From NCBI GenBank assembly GCA_002428635.1, contig DIXE01000025.1, forward strand, positions 713 through 64,712: 64,000 bases of DNA, written 5' to 3'. The notes beneath the pieces were generated by a model. The model ran no database searches, had not been told where the DNA came from, and saw only the letters and a list, made by a program, of their open reading frames with translations. The position numbers were made by a program, and so were the translations under genes. This DNA comes from Bacteroidales bacterium UBA6088 (GTDB lineage Bacteria; Bacteroidota; Bacteroidia; Bacteroidales; UBA932). Shown one piece after another: positions 50,956 to 60,878 of this stretch (positions are counted from its first letter, which is position 1; each line of letters opens with the position of its first letter).

Positions 50956-53511
50956 TTACAGCATTGCTGTTTTTCTTCTTTTTCTTATCGTTTTGTAGAA
51001 TTCGAACCAGGCTATGCTCGACAATCCAAGCAACCCACAAATCAGTGATGCAACTATCCCAATTCTCTCCATCTGAAACAGGTCAAGTAAAAACGGTATG
51101 TTCAGAACCATTATCAGAAAGAATATTGCACCGCCCACAACCCATTTTACACTTCCGTTTGGCGTTAAAATTATTTTAAATATGTTTTCGGACCAGGATC
51201 TGTTGGACAGAATCACGGCAATATTTGAAGATATCAGAGTTACAAAGGTAAGTGCTCTCACCTGATCCTCTGTATATCCAAGTCTGAACCCTGCAAAATA
51301 GACAATAAGGCATACCAGCAGTATCCCTATACCCTGCGAACAACTCAGTAATATTTTTTTGAATCCGAAAAAAGGAATTAAGGGATCTCTTGGCGGTCTG
51401 GACATTACATTTTTTTCTGCCTTTTCTGCCTCAAAAATAATTGAACAGGCAGGGTCTATTATCAGCTCAAGGAATACTATATGCACCGGCCAGAGTATCA
51501 GCGGCAGATCAGCAAAGAAAACCGGGATAAGCGAAAGTCCTGCAATAGGTATGTGGATTGCAAAGATATAACTCAATGCTTTCTGAAGATTGTCAAAAAT
51601 TCTTCTGCCCATCCTCACAGCACCTACTACCGAGGAAAAATTATCGTCCAGCAATACAAGTGACGAGGCTTCACGGGCTACATCAGTTCCTTTCTCTCCC
51701 ATAGCAATTCCGATATTTGCAGTTTTAAGTGCCGGAGCGTCATTGACCCCGTCACCGGTCATAGCTACTATCTCCCCGTTTTTCTTAAGAGCATTTACAA
51801 TTTTTAGTTTCTGTTCCGGTATAACTCTTGCAAAAATGTTCACATCCTTTATCTTTTCTCTTAATTCCTCTTCGCTCATATCCTGAAGTTCCTGCCCGGT
51901 AATCGTTTTTTCAGGATTGGACAGACCTATCTCCCTGCCAATATTGGTCGCAGTTACAGGATAATCCCCGGTAATCATAATAACCCTTATGCCTGCCTTT
52001 TTGCACTCTCTGATAGCTGCAGGAACATTTTCTCTCACCGGGTCAGAAAAAGCAATCAGTCCTATAAAGTGAAATTCAAATGCGTGTTGTTCAGAGGGAA
52101 GATCCTGGGGGTCAAGTTTTGCCTTGGCTACACCAAGCACTCTTAATCCTTTGGTGGCAAATACAGATACAGCTTTTTCATAATCTGCAACCATATTTTT
52201 GTCAAGGTGGCAAAGATCAAAAATTGCTTCCGGAGCACCTTTGGCAGCAATCGCCATGTCGTGTGTGGAGGGGTTTGTGAACACCCTTGACATAGCCATC
52301 ATCTCCCTGGAGAGTGGATATTCTTTCTCCATTTTCCAGTCCCCGTGTATGTGTTCCAAATCAATTCGTCTCTCATCTGCAATTTTTGTTATAGCCTGCT
52401 CCATAGGATCATATGGGTTAACCTGGCTGGAAAGAATTCCGTATTCAATAATCTCGTGAAATTCTTCCGGAATTATCGGGGCTTTGGATAAGTCAAGCAT
52501 ACTTTTCCCGTTATAGAGAGAGTTAACGCTCATTTTATTACAGGTCAGGGTGCCCGTTTTGTCGGTGCAGAGGACTGTTGCGGAGCCCAAGGTTTCTATT
52601 GCAGCTGCCCTTCTTGTAAGTACCGCCATTTTTGACATTCTCCACCCTCCCAAAGCAAGAAATATGGTGAGAACTACCGGAAACTCTTCTGGAAGCATTG
52701 CCATAGCCAGGGTTATTCCGGCAAGGAATCCCTTTACCAGATCTCCCCTTGTGAGAGTGTATATGACAATAACAGTTACACAAAGAAGCAATCCAATAAT
52801 TGCCAGTCTTTTAACCAGTACGCCCATCTCTTTCTTCAGCTTTGTAGGCTCCTCTTCAACCGATTCAAGGGCTTTTCCAATTTTACCTATCTCAGTGTTC
52901 AGACCGGTTGAGGTTACCTCGGCAATCCCATTACCCTGAACCACCATTGAGCCGGAATACAGGTACGGCAGTTCGTCTCCACCTGGAATTACCTTGCCAT
53001 CCTCCTGATACCATTCCCTTTTCCTGACCGGTACAGATTCTCCTGTAAGAAGTGATTCATCTGCCATAAGGTTCACACAGGAGAGAACTTTACAATCGGC
53101 AGGTACTCTGTCTCCCTCCTGCATTATTACGATATCTCCCGGTACTACCTCTCTCCCGGCAATCCTTATTGTCTGCCCGTCTCTTATGACCAGAGCTCTC
53201 GGACTCGCAAGATCCTTGAGTGCATCGAGCGCTTTTTCTGTCTTTCTCTCCTGAAAATACTCAATACCCATAACTACGAGCACAAAACTCATCAGCATTA
53301 TCCCCTCCTGCACATCTCCCAGTATGAGATAAAGTAATCCGCACACAACCAACAATATGAACATTGGTTCCTTGATAATCCCTACGGCTATCTGTAACCC
53401 TCCCCTCTTTTTGGATGAGGGTAATTCGTTAAAACCGTAAAGTGTCTCTCTTTTTTTTACCTCTTCTGAGGTGAGCCCCTGATAAGACTGATTGTAAACA
53501 GATGACTGCAT
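50956..53511 (-). CDS. Cation-translocating P-type ATPase (P2-like, PEEFP subfamily)
   Basis: TGES, DKTGT, KGAPE, MITGD, TGDGVNDAPAL; M4 motif PEEFP. Confidence 0.92.
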   Translation of the reverse strand: MQSSVYNQSYQGLTSEEVKKRETLYGFNELPSSKKRGGLQIAVGIIKEPMFILLVVCGLLYLILGDVQEGIMLMSFVLVVMGIEYFQERKTEKALDALKDLASPRALVIRDGQTIRIAGREVVPGDIVIMQEGDRVPADCKVLSCVNLMADESLLTGESVPVRKREWYQEDGKVIPGGDELPYLYSGSMVVQGNGIAEVTSTGLNTEIGKIGKALESVEEEPTKLKKEMGVLVKRLAIIGLLLCVTVIVIYTLTRGDLVKGFLAGITLAMAMLPEEFPVVLTIFLALGGWRMSKMAVLTRRAAAIETLGSATVLCTDKTGTLTCNKMSVNSLYNGKSMLDLSKAPIIPEEFHEIIEYGILSSQVNPYDPMEQAITKIADERRIDLEHIHGDWKMEKEYPLSREMMAMSRVFTNPSTHDMAIAAKGAPEAIFDLCHLDKNMVADYEKAVSVFATKGLRVLGVAKAKLDPQDLPSEQHAFEFHFIGLIAFSDPVRENVPAAIRECKKAGIRVIMITGDYPVTATNIGREIGLSNPEKTITGQELQDMSEEELREKIKDVNIFARVIPEQKLKIVNALKKNGEIVAMTGDGVNDAPALKTANIGIAMGEKGTDVAREASSLVLLDDNFSSVVGAVRMGRRIFDNLQKALSYIFAIHIPIAGLSLIPVFFADLPLILWPVHIVFLELIIDPACSIIFEAEKAEKNVMSRPPRDPLIPFFGFKKILLSCSQGIGILLVCLIVYFAGFRLGYTEDQVRALTFVTLISSNIAVILSNRSWSENIFKIILTPNGSVKWVVGGAIFFLIMVLNIPFLLDLFQMERIGIVASLICGLLGLSSIAWFEFYKTIRKRRKTAML

Positions 53512-53512
53512 A

Positions 53513-53923
53513 TTATCTCACAATTTTATTAACCAGCTTTTCAAAGGAATCAATCTCCTCCTGGCTGAGATTTTTAATCAATGCTCTGGCAATTGTTATA
53601 TGGGCTAAGTGGTGAAGCTGATTAAGTTCTTTCCCCTTTTCTGTAAGATGAAGGTGGGCGCTTCTCCTGTCGGTGTCAGATTTGACCCTGTAGATGCACT
53701 CTTTCTCGACCAGTTTGTCAATCGCCACAGTTACGGTGGGTTTGGTGATTTTAAGAATCCCTGCCAGTTCTGTTATAGTTGGATTGGCCAGGTCTGCAAC
53801 AGCTTCAATATAGTGCATCTGAGTCTGGGTTATACCTGAGGCATTTATCCTCTCTTTGGTCTGTTCCTCAGTCTGAGCCATATAATTTGAGAGCTTGGAT
53901 ACTGCTTCTGTAATTTTTTTCAT
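53513..53923 (-). CDS. MarR family transcriptional regulator
   Basis: TITELAGILKITKPTVTVAIDKLV, DRRSAHLHLTEKG. Start refined to MKKITE (53923). Confidence 0.9.
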   Translation of the reverse strand: MKKITEAVSKLSNYMAQTEEQTKERINASGITQTQMHYIEAVADLANPTITELAGILKITKPTVTVAIDKLVEKECIYRVKSDTDRRSAHLHLTEKGKELNQLHHLAHITIARALIKNLSQEEIDSFEKLVNKIVR

Positions 53924-53928
53924 AGCGA

Positions 53929-53956
53929 CAAATATAATTAGTTTCATCAAACTAAT
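53929..53956 (-). promoter_or_regulatory. marR promoter -7 element with adjacent palindromic operator
   Basis: TATATTTG on the minus strand (53929-53936) abuts the perfect inverted repeat ATTAGTTT-catc-AAACTAAT (53937-53956). Confidence 0.65.
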
Positions 53957-53975
53957 ATCAAAAATTTTAAAAAAA

Positions 53976-53997
53976 GAGTTGCGATATTTCGCAACTC
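53976..53997 (-). terminator. Intrinsic terminator of fba
   Basis: GAGTTGCGA-tatt-TCGCAACTC hairpin flanked by an A-run (left) and a T-run (right). Confidence 0.8.
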
Positions 53998-54020
53998 CCT
54001 TTTTAACAAATATTTAAAAA

Positions 54021-54983
54021 TTACATTTTATTATCACTCCCCAATACATTTACAATCTTATGTTTGTAAAGTTCTTTAAGAGCGTCCCGTGCCGGGCCAA
54101 GATACTTGCGGGGATCAAATTCCTCCGGTTTCTCGGCAAACACCTTTCTCACTGCGGCTGTCATTGCCAGTCTGCCGTCGGAGTCTATGTTTATCTTGCA
54201 CACAGCGCTTGCTGCGGCTTTGCGAAGCTGATCCTCGGGGATTCCGATGGAGTCCTTAAGCTTTCCGCCATAGCGGTTGATAGTGGCGACGATATCCTGA
54301 GGAACACTCGATGAGCCGTGAAGCACAATCGGGAATCCGGGTATTCGCTTTTCGATCTCGGCAAGAATATCAAGCCTGATCTCCGGTTTTTGGCCGGGTT
54401 TAAACTTGAATGCTCCGTGAGAAGTACCTATAGATATAGCAAGTGAATCTACGCCGGTTCTTTTAACAAACTCCTCAACCTCATCTGGTTGTGTATATGT
54501 ATGAGACTGTGCAGAAACATCATCCTCCACTCCTGCCAGCACTCCCAGTTCTCCCTCAACGGTAACATCATATTTATGAGCGTACCCAACCACCTGTTTT
54601 GTCAGTTCTACATTTTTGTCGAAAGGAAGATGAGACCCGTCAATCATCACAGAAGAGAACCCCATCTCTATGCAGGATTTGCAAAGTTCAAATGTGTCTC
54701 CGTGGTCAAGGTGAAGAACAATTGGAATATTTGCACCCAGCTCCTTTGCATACTCAACAGCTCCCTGGGCCATATATCTCAATAAAGTCTGATTGGCGTA
54801 CTTCCTTGCCCCGCTGGAAACCTGGAGAATAACCGGAGATTTTGTTTCAACACAGGCAGAGATAATGGCCTGCATCTGTTCCATATTGTTGAAATTGAAG
54901 GCTGGTATAGCATAACCACCCTTTACAGCTTTGGCAAACAGTTTCTTTGAGTTCACCAGTCCCAATTCTTTGTAAGAAATCAT
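54021..54983 (-). CDS. fba: Class II fructose-bisphosphate aldolase
   Basis: PAFNFNNMEQ, LHLDHG, VMIDGSH, VEGELG, GTSHG, LHGSS, KINID. Start refined to MISYKELG (54983). Confidence 0.96.
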   Translation of the reverse strand: MISYKELGLVNSKKLFAKAVKGGYAIPAFNFNNMEQMQAIISACVETKSPVILQVSSGARKYANQTLLRYMAQGAVEYAKELGANIPIVLHLDHGDTFELCKSCIEMGFSSVMIDGSHLPFDKNVELTKQVVGYAHKYDVTVEGELGVLAGVEDDVSAQSHTYTQPDEVEEFVKRTGVDSLAISIGTSHGAFKFKPGQKPEIRLDILAEIEKRIPGFPIVLHGSSSVPQDIVATINRYGGKLKDSIGIPEDQLRKAAASAVCKINIDSDGRLAMTAAVRKVFAEKPEEFDPRKYLGPARDALKELYKHKIVNVLGSDNKM

Positions 54984-55067
54984 TATAAGTAAAATTTTGA
55001 CTATTAAACAGAGTAAAGTTAGCATAATAATCTAACTTTGTCAACGAAACTGACCATTAAAAAATAT

Positions 55068-55112
55068 GGGCTCAGTACTGCTCAAAAACAAGGGCTCAGT
55101 ACTGCTCAAAAA
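55068..55112. repeat. Two-copy direct repeat (21-bp identical core, 24-bp period)
   Basis: GGGCTCAGTACTGCTCAAAAA at 55068-55088 and 55092-55112 in the fba/gmk divergent spacer. Confidence 0.85.
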
Positions 55113-55135
55113 ATAAGGGTTCAACGCCCGATGAA

Positions 55136-55729
55136 ATGTTTATGACAAAACCTGCAAAAGAGAACAGAGCTATGATCTTTTCGGCTCCGTCCGGATCCGG
55201 AAAAACAACAGTTGTAAGGCACTTGTTAAAAAAATACAATTCCTTAAGATTTTCAATATCTGCAACTTCCAGAGCACCCAGAGGAAGAGAACAGAACGGC
55301 AGAGAGTACTATTTTCTATCTCCCGATGAGTTCAGGCGTTACATTGAACTAGGGAAATTCGTTGAATACGAAGAGGTTTACGAAGACATGTTTTACGGGA
55401 CCCTGCAAAGCGAGGTGGAGAGGATCTGGAGCGAAGGCAAGGTGATATTGTTTGATATCGATGTCAAGGGTGGTGTAAATCTGAAAAAGCTATACGGTAA
55501 CAAAGCATTATCGGTCTTTATAAAAGCTCCGTCGATAGATGCCCTCAGGGAGAGACTGACAAAAAGGGGAACTGAAGCACCGAAAGCCATAGAGAAGAGA
55601 ATTCTCAAGGCACAATTCGAACTTACATTTGAGGATCAGTTTGACAAAGTGATTGTAAACGAAAATCTGGATAATTGCCTGCGCGAAGCAGAGCGAATAA
55701 CAGAGACATTTCTTTCCGGTAAGGAATAA
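55136..55729 (+). CDS. gmk: Guanylate kinase
   Basis: SAPSGSGKTT, SATSRAPRGREQNGREYYF, FYGT, DIDVKG. Confidence 0.96.
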   Translation: MFMTKPAKENRAMIFSAPSGSGKTTVVRHLLKKYNSLRFSISATSRAPRGREQNGREYYFLSPDEFRRYIELGKFVEYEEVYEDMFYGTLQSEVERIWSEGKVILFDIDVKGGVNLKKLYGNKALSVFIKAPSIDALRERLTKRGTEAPKAIEKRILKAQFELTFEDQFDKVIVNENLDNCLREAERITETFLSGKE

Positions 55730-55784
55730 CTAGCAAAACATTTCTCAAAAAAATATTTACTCATCTTAAAAATATTTACCCACG

Positions 55785-56318
55785 ATGGTTATTGCTCTCT
55801 ACTTTGGATCTTTCAACCCGATGCATACCGGTCACATACAGATATGCCGCTATCTGACGGCGAGAGAGGATGTGGATCAGGTACGCCTGATGGTCAGTCA
55901 CCAGAACCCCCTCAAAGGAGCAAGGAGTTCAACTGAAAGTAGCAGCAGGATGAGAAATGTGAAAAGAGCGGTATCCGTTTTCGGAGAAAAAATCAAAGTA
56001 TCAGGCCTGGAGTACACACTCAGGCACCCTCTTTACACCATAAACACTATCAGAGAGTTACGCAGAAGAGAGCCCGGTAATCGTTTTATTCTGGTTATAG
56101 GTGCCGATAATCTTGCAATCATCGAAAAGTGGCACAAGTGGGAGGAGCTGCTTAAAGAGACCGAAGTCTGGGTTTATCCCAGGAAAGGATATGATGCACA
56201 GGCTCTGTGTGCTAAATACGGGGCAAAATATCTGGATGCTCCGGTTGTGGATATCTCCTCTACCCAAATCAGAGAGGGAGAGGCGGCGGGAAAGGATATG
56301 TCCCGGTTCAGGGTGTAA
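55785..56318 (+). CDS. nadD: Nicotinate-nucleotide adenylyltransferase
   Basis: GSFNPMHTGH, YTINT, LVIGADN, KWHKWE, ISSTQIR. Confidence 0.93.
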   Translation: MVIALYFGSFNPMHTGHIQICRYLTAREDVDQVRLMVSHQNPLKGARSSTESSSRMRNVKRAVSVFGEKIKVSGLEYTLRHPLYTINTIRELRRREPGNRFILVIGADNLAIIEKWHKWEELLKETEVWVYPRKGYDAQALCAKYGAKYLDAPVVDISSTQIREGEAAGKDMSRFRV

Positions 56319-56340
56319 GATATTTCCGGGACAAACCGAA

Positions 56341-57030
56341 TCATTTTGTAAGATCTCTCCAGAGTTTCTCGTCAGGAGGGGGAGCCTCAATGAAGACTTC
56401 ATTTTTGCTAACGGGGTGAATAAACCTGGCACTTCGAGCATGAAGGGAGATGCCGCCGTCGGGATTTGACCTTCTGGCACCGTACTTGAGATCTCCCTTG
56501 ATTGGTGAGCCGATTTTGGACAATTGACATCTTATCTGATGGTGCCTCCCTGTAAGCAGCTTTACTTCAAGCAGATGATACCTATCTCCAGATGAAATGT
56601 GTTTGTATATAAGTTGTGCCTCTTTTGAGTCCGGCACCGGCACATCATAAGCAAACGAGCGGTTGAGCTTTTCGTTTCTGGTTAGATAATGGCTCAACTT
56701 TGCGGAGGGTTCCGGGGGCAGCTTTTCAACCACTGCCCAGTATATTTTATCCACCAGTCCGTCTCTGAAGAGTTCATTCATTCTTGTGAGCCCCTTGCCG
56801 GTCTTTGCAAAAATTACCACCCCGCTTACCGGTCTGTCCAGCCTGTGAGGAACACCAATGAAAGCTGCCCCCGGCTTATTATCTCTTTGGGCAATAAATC
56901 CGGCCACTATTTCACTCAGGGGGGTGTCACCGGTCTTATCACCCTGCACAATCTCTCCTACCCTCTTGTTTACGGCAATAAGATGGTTGTCTTCGTAAAG
57001 TATCTGCAAATCAGTACTGCTCCTGTTCAT
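56341..57030 (-). CDS. RluA family RNA pseudouridine synthase
   Basis: [44 protein letters not shown]. Confidence 0.92.
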   Translation of the reverse strand: MNRSSTDLQILYEDNHLIAVNKRVGEIVQGDKTGDTPLSEIVAGFIAQRDNKPGAAFIGVPHRLDRPVSGVVIFAKTGKGLTRMNELFRDGLVDKIYWAVVEKLPPEPSAKLSHYLTRNEKLNRSFAYDVPVPDSKEAQLIYKHISSGDRYHLLEVKLLTGRHHQIRCQLSKIGSPIKGDLKYGARRSNPDGGISLHARSARFIHPVSKNEVFIEAPPPDEKLWRDLTK

Positions 57031-57826
57031 TGGGAAAATCCCTGTTTTTTACATCGCTTATGTAGTTCTTGACAGCCTTAAACATTTCATCATAGAGATT
57101 GTGGTATCTCCTTAGAAATCTCGGAGAAAACTCCTGGGTGAGCCCCAGCATATCGTGCATAACCAGAACCTGTCCATCAACACCATTCCCGGCACCAATT
57201 CCTATCACCGGAATCCGCAGAGCATCGGCAACCCTTTTACCCAATGCGGCCGGGATCTTCTCCAGCACCAGAGCAAAGCATCCTGCATCCTCCAGCTCCA
57301 GAGCATCGTTCACCAGCTTCTCAGCCTCAGCCTCCTCTTTTGCCCTCACACTGTAAGTCCCAAACTTGTGTATCGACTGCGGAGTAAGTCCCAGATGGCC
57401 CATCACCGGGATCCCGGCCGAAAGAATCCTCCCTATCGACTCCAGAATCTCGTGGCCACCCTCTACCTTAACGGCATCGGCCTCAGACTCTTTCATTATC
57501 CGTATGGCACTCGAAACTGCCAGCTTTGAATTGCCCTGGTATGTTCCAAAAGGCATATCCACCACAACCATCGGATTTTTAACTGCTCTTACAACACTTT
57601 GCGCGTGGTATATCATCTGGTCGAGCGTTATCGGAAGAGTTGTTTCGTGCCCTGCCATCACATTTGCGGCAGAATCCCCCACCAGAATTATATCTATCCC
57701 GGCCTCATCAATTATTCTGGCCGATGTAAAATCATAAGCTGTAAGCATTGCAACTTTCTCACCTCTCTCCTTCATCTCCAGCAATCTCTGGGTGGTGATT
57801 ATTCTCTTTTTCCCCTCTACTGACAT
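57011..57826 (-). CDS. panB: 3-methyl-2-oxobutanoate hydroxymethyltransferase
   Basis: [49 protein letters not shown]. Confidence 0.97.
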   Translation of the reverse strand: MSVEGKKRIITTQRLLEMKERGEKVAMLTAYDFTSARIIDEAGIDIILVGDSAANVMAGHETTLPITLDQMIYHAQSVVRAVKNPMVVVDMPFGTYQGNSKLAVSSAIRIMKESEADAVKVEGGHEILESIGRILSAGIPVMGHLGLTPQSIHKFGTYSVRAKEEAEAEKLVNDALELEDAGCFALVLEKIPAALGKRVADALRIPVIGIGAGNGVDGQVLVMHDMLGLTQEFSPRFLRRYHNLYDEMFKAVKNYISDVKNRDFPNEQEQY

Positions 57827-57890
57827 AATAAAATCATTTTAAAAAATAAATACTGTCACAAAGCTAATAAATAAAAGAAAACAGGATATC

Positions 57891-57930
57891 TGCCACCTTG
57901 TCAGTTAAAGAGATTTGGCACAATGTTCGA
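57891..57930 (+). promoter_or_regulatory. Heat-shock-gene motif upstream of dnaK (TGCCA-N3-TGTCA-N10-TTTGGCAC; sigma54-like with degenerate -12)
   Basis: TGCCA-cct-TGTCA-gttaaagaga-TTTGGCACaatgTTCGA; same spacing as the grpE motif. Confidence 0.5.
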
Positions 57931-57979
57931 TGTATTTAAGGACAAAGCAGAAGAAAACAATTAAATTTTATCAAATATT

Positions 57980-59911
57980 ATGGGAAAAATTATCGGAATC
58001 GACCTTGGGACAACCAACTCCTGTGTTGCAGTAATGGAGGGGAACGAGCCCTCGGTAATAATCAACAGCGAGGGTAAAAGAACTACTCCATCTGTTGTTG
58101 CATTTGCAGACAACGGAGAAAGGAAGATTGGCGATCCTGCAAAAAGACAAGCAATTACAAACCCTCAGAGAACCATTTACTCCATTAAGAGATTTATGGG
58201 TGAAACTTTTGACAGAGTACAGACAGAGGTCAAAAGAGTTCCTTACAAAGTTGAGAGAGGAGAAAACAACACCTCCAGGGTAAACATAGACGGACGTCTG
58301 TACACCCCGCAGGAGATATCTGCAATGGTGCTCCAGAAGATGAAGAAAACTGCCGAGGACTATCTCGGACAGGAGGTGACAGAGGCCGTAATTACCGTTC
58401 CCGCATACTTTAGTGACTCTCAGAGGCAGGCTACCAAAGAGGCAGGTGAGATAGCCGGGCTCAAGGTGAAAAGGATTATAAACGAGCCCACCGCAGCAGC
58501 CCTGGCATACGGACTTGACAAAAAGAACAGAGATATGAAGGTTGCAGTCTTCGACCTTGGAGGCGGAACTTTCGATATATCAATCCTCGAACTCGGGGAT
58601 GGCGTTTTTGAGGTAAAATCCACAAACGGTGACACTCACCTTGGCGGTGATGACTTTGACCAGATGATCATAGACTGGCTCGCAGAAGAGTTCAAGAGCG
58701 AGAACAGCGGTCTGGACCTGAGAAAGGACCCGATGGCACTCCAAAGACTCAAAGAGGCTGCAGAAAAGGCAAAGATAGAGCTGTCCAGCCAGAGCACCAC
58801 AGAGATAAACCTCCCTTACATTATGCCTGTTGACGGAGTTCCAAAGCACCTTGTAAAGAATCTGACAAGGGCAAAATTTGAACAGATCTGCGACTCATTG
58901 ATTCAAAAGACAATGGAGCCCTGCCGCAAAGCCCTTTCAGATGCCGGATTAAAGGCTTCTGACATTGACGAGGTACTTTTGGTAGGCGGTTCAACCCGTA
59001 TCCCTGCAATCCAACAGATAGTTGAAAAATTCTTTGGTAAAACTCCCAGTAAAGGGGTTAATCCTGACGAGGTTGTAGCCGTAGGTGCTGCAATTCAGGG
59101 TGGCGTTCTTTCAGGAGATGTTAAGGATGTGCTGCTTCTGGATGTAACTCCCCTTTCTCTGGGTATCGAGACCTACGGATCGGTTATGACAAAGCTCATT
59201 GAGTCCAACACTACAATACCTACCAAGAAATCGGAGGTCTTCAGCACTGCCAGCGACAATCAGCCATCTGTGGAGATCCACGTTCTCCAGGGGGAAAGGC
59301 CTATGGCAAAGGACAACAAGACCATCGGACGCTTCCACCTGGACGGCATAGCTCCTGCACCCAGGGGTATTCCTCAGATTGAGGTAACCTTTGATATTGA
59401 CGCCAACGGTATCCTTCACGTTTCTGCTAAGGACAAAGGTACCGGCAAGGAGCAGAAGATCAGGATTGAGGCTTCCAGCGGGCTTACCGACGCCGAGATC
59501 AAGAGGATGAAGGATGAGGCTAAGGCTAACGAAGCATCCGACAAGGCTGAGAAAGAGAGGGTTGATAAAATCAACGGCGCCGATGCTATGATCTTCCAGA
59601 CAGAAAAGAATCTTAAGGATTATGGTGACAAAATTCCTTCTGAAAAGAGGGGTGCGATTGAAAGTGCTCTCTCAGCTCTGAAGGATGCTCACAAATCTGC
59701 CGATCTTGGGGCTATTGACAAGGCTATGGAGAGTATGAACGCTGCCTGGCACGCTGCATCAGAAGATATGGCCAAGGCTGCTCAGAGTGGTCCTTCCGGA
59801 GCTTCCGACAATACAGGTTCTTCACAAGGCCCAGACCAGGGAGGTTCACAGGGCGGCTCACAGGGAGGCGACAAAGAGGTTACCGATGTGGATTTTGAGG
59901 AAGTAAAGTAA
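57980..59911 (+). CDS. dnaK: Chaperone DnaK (Hsp70)
   Basis: [33 protein letters not shown]-terminal DVDFEEVK. Confidence 0.99.
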   Translation: MGKIIGIDLGTTNSCVAVMEGNEPSVIINSEGKRTTPSVVAFADNGERKIGDPAKRQAITNPQRTIYSIKRFMGETFDRVQTEVKRVPYKVERGENNTSRVNIDGRLYTPQEISAMVLQKMKKTAEDYLGQEVTEAVITVPAYFSDSQRQATKEAGEIAGLKVKRIINEPTAAALAYGLDKKNRDMKVAVFDLGGGTFDISILELGDGVFEVKSTNGDTHLGGDDFDQMIIDWLAEEFKSENSGLDLRKDPMALQRLKEAAEKAKIELSSQSTTEINLPYIMPVDGVPKHLVKNLTRAKFEQICDSLIQKTMEPCRKALSDAGLKASDIDEVLLVGGSTRIPAIQQIVEKFFGKTPSKGVNPDEVVAVGAAIQGGVLSGDVKDVLLLDVTPLSLGIETYGSVMTKLIESNTTIPTKKSEVFSTASDNQPSVEIHVLQGERPMAKDNKTIGRFHLDGIAPAPRGIPQIEVTFDIDANGILHVSAKDKGTGKEQKIRIEASSGLTDAEIKRMKDEAKANEASDKAEKERVDKINGADAMIFQTEKNLKDYGDKIPSEKRGAIESALSALKDAHKSADLGAIDKAMESMNAAWHAASEDMAKAAQSGPSGASDNTGSSQGPDQGGSQGGSQGGDKEVTDVDFEEVK

Positions 59912-59925
59912 GCGTTTAAGCGAGC

Positions 59926-60122
59926 GGAATGCAGAAGCAAAGCATTTCGCAAAGCGAAATAAAAAGAAGATGTCCCGATAAATGACAAAGCTTGTTTTGT
60001 CAGAAACCGGGATATCTTTTTTTTTAGCGGGCCATTCGGCCTGCGGCTTCTGCATTCCCGAACGGGAGTGACAACCGGAGCATCCGGCAGGATGCGACGG
60101 AACTAAGCATTGCGAAGCAATG
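59926..60122. other. Nested multi-hairpin element downstream of dnaK, containing the probable dnaK terminator
   Basis: 13-bp perfect stem 59926-59938/60046-60058 encloses hairpins 59944-59960, AGATGTCCCG/CGGGATATCT and 59983-60002, plus a T9 run (60017-60025). Further hairpins at 60056-60067, 60080-60095 and 60108-60122. Confidence 0.7.
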
Positions 60123-60281
60123 TAAGAGAGCAACCCAAAATTTTTACACAGTAGTTAGTTTTTAGCTCGCGCAAGGAGACTGTGCTAAGTCCACCAACTG
60201 TTGCTGCCTTAATGCATCTTTTACACAGGTATAAACAAGTTTTGTGTAATTTTATCAAAAAGCTGCACTGATATTTTGAAC

Positions 60282-60305
60282 ATATACCAAGAATTGGTAT
60301 ATTTG
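60282..60305 (+). promoter_or_regulatory. parDE promoter -7 element overlapped by an inverted-repeat operator
   Basis: ATATACCAA-gaa-TTGGTATAT (60282-60302) overlaps TATATTTG (60298-60305). Confidence 0.7.
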
Positions 60306-60321
60306 AGAAAAATTTTCGACT

Positions 60322-60570
60322 ATGGCAAAGAATACATCAATTTTACTTGGCGAATACTTCGAAAACTATGTGAATGAAAAAATCTCATCTGGAAAGTTTT
60401 CATCTGTCAGCGAGGTTATTAGAACCGCGCTTCGACTTTTGGAAAATGAGGAAAATAGGTATAAAGCCTTGATTAAAGAACTTGAAATTGGCGAAGAGAG
60501 CGGATTTGTTAAAGACTTTGACCGAAAAGAAAATCTCAAAAATCTTCATGCTAAACACTTGAAGAAATGA
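60322..60570 (+). CDS. parD: Type II TA antitoxin, ParD family (ribbon-helix-helix)
   Basis: MAKNTSILLG..FENYV...ISSGKFSSVSEVIRTALRLLE..E; acidic C-terminus. Confidence 0.88.
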   Translation: MAKNTSILLGEYFENYVNEKISSGKFSSVSEVIRTALRLLENEENRYKALIKELEIGEESGFVKDFDRKENLKNLHAKHLKK

Positions 60571-60878
60571 GATACTTAATTAGCGAGACAGCAAATAGAG
60601 ATATCGAAAAAATATGGTTGTACACCTATGTAAATTGGTCGATTGAGCAAGCAGACAGGTATTATAATCTGATTTTGGACGAAATCGAATTTATCGCAGA
60701 AAACTTTGAAAGCGGTAAATCAGTTGACTACATTAAAAAAGGTTACAGAGCATCTTTGGTGAAGTCGCACATTATTTTCTACAAGAAATCCAAGAGTAAT
60801 GTTGTTGAAATAATAAGAGTTTTACACCAAAGAATGGACATTGAACACAGAATTGACAAATTATCGACAAGACGATGA
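60567..60878 (+). CDS. parE: Type II TA toxin, ParE/RelE family
   Basis: YLISETANRDIEKIWLYT..NWS.EQADRY, GYRASLVKSHIIFY, IIRVLHQRMD; ATGA overlap with parD. Confidence 0.88.
   Translation: MRYLISETANRDIEKIWLYTYVNWSIEQADRYYNLILDEIEFIAENFESGKSVDYIKKGYRASLVKSHIIFYKKSKSNVVEIIRVLHQRMDIEHRIDKLSTRR

Noticed and set aside
55068-55112. CRISPR array
   Set aside because: Only two copies separated by 3 bp, with no spacers and no cas genes.
57830-57979. CIRCE/HrcA control of dnaK or grpE-dnaJ
   Set aside because: No TTAGCACTC-N9-GAGTGCTAA is seen upstream of either unit.
57980-59911. dnaK as horizontally acquired because its codons look more GC-rich
   Set aside because: fba and panB show a similar bias, consistent with expression-linked codon usage, and the protein is a typical Bacteroidota DnaK.
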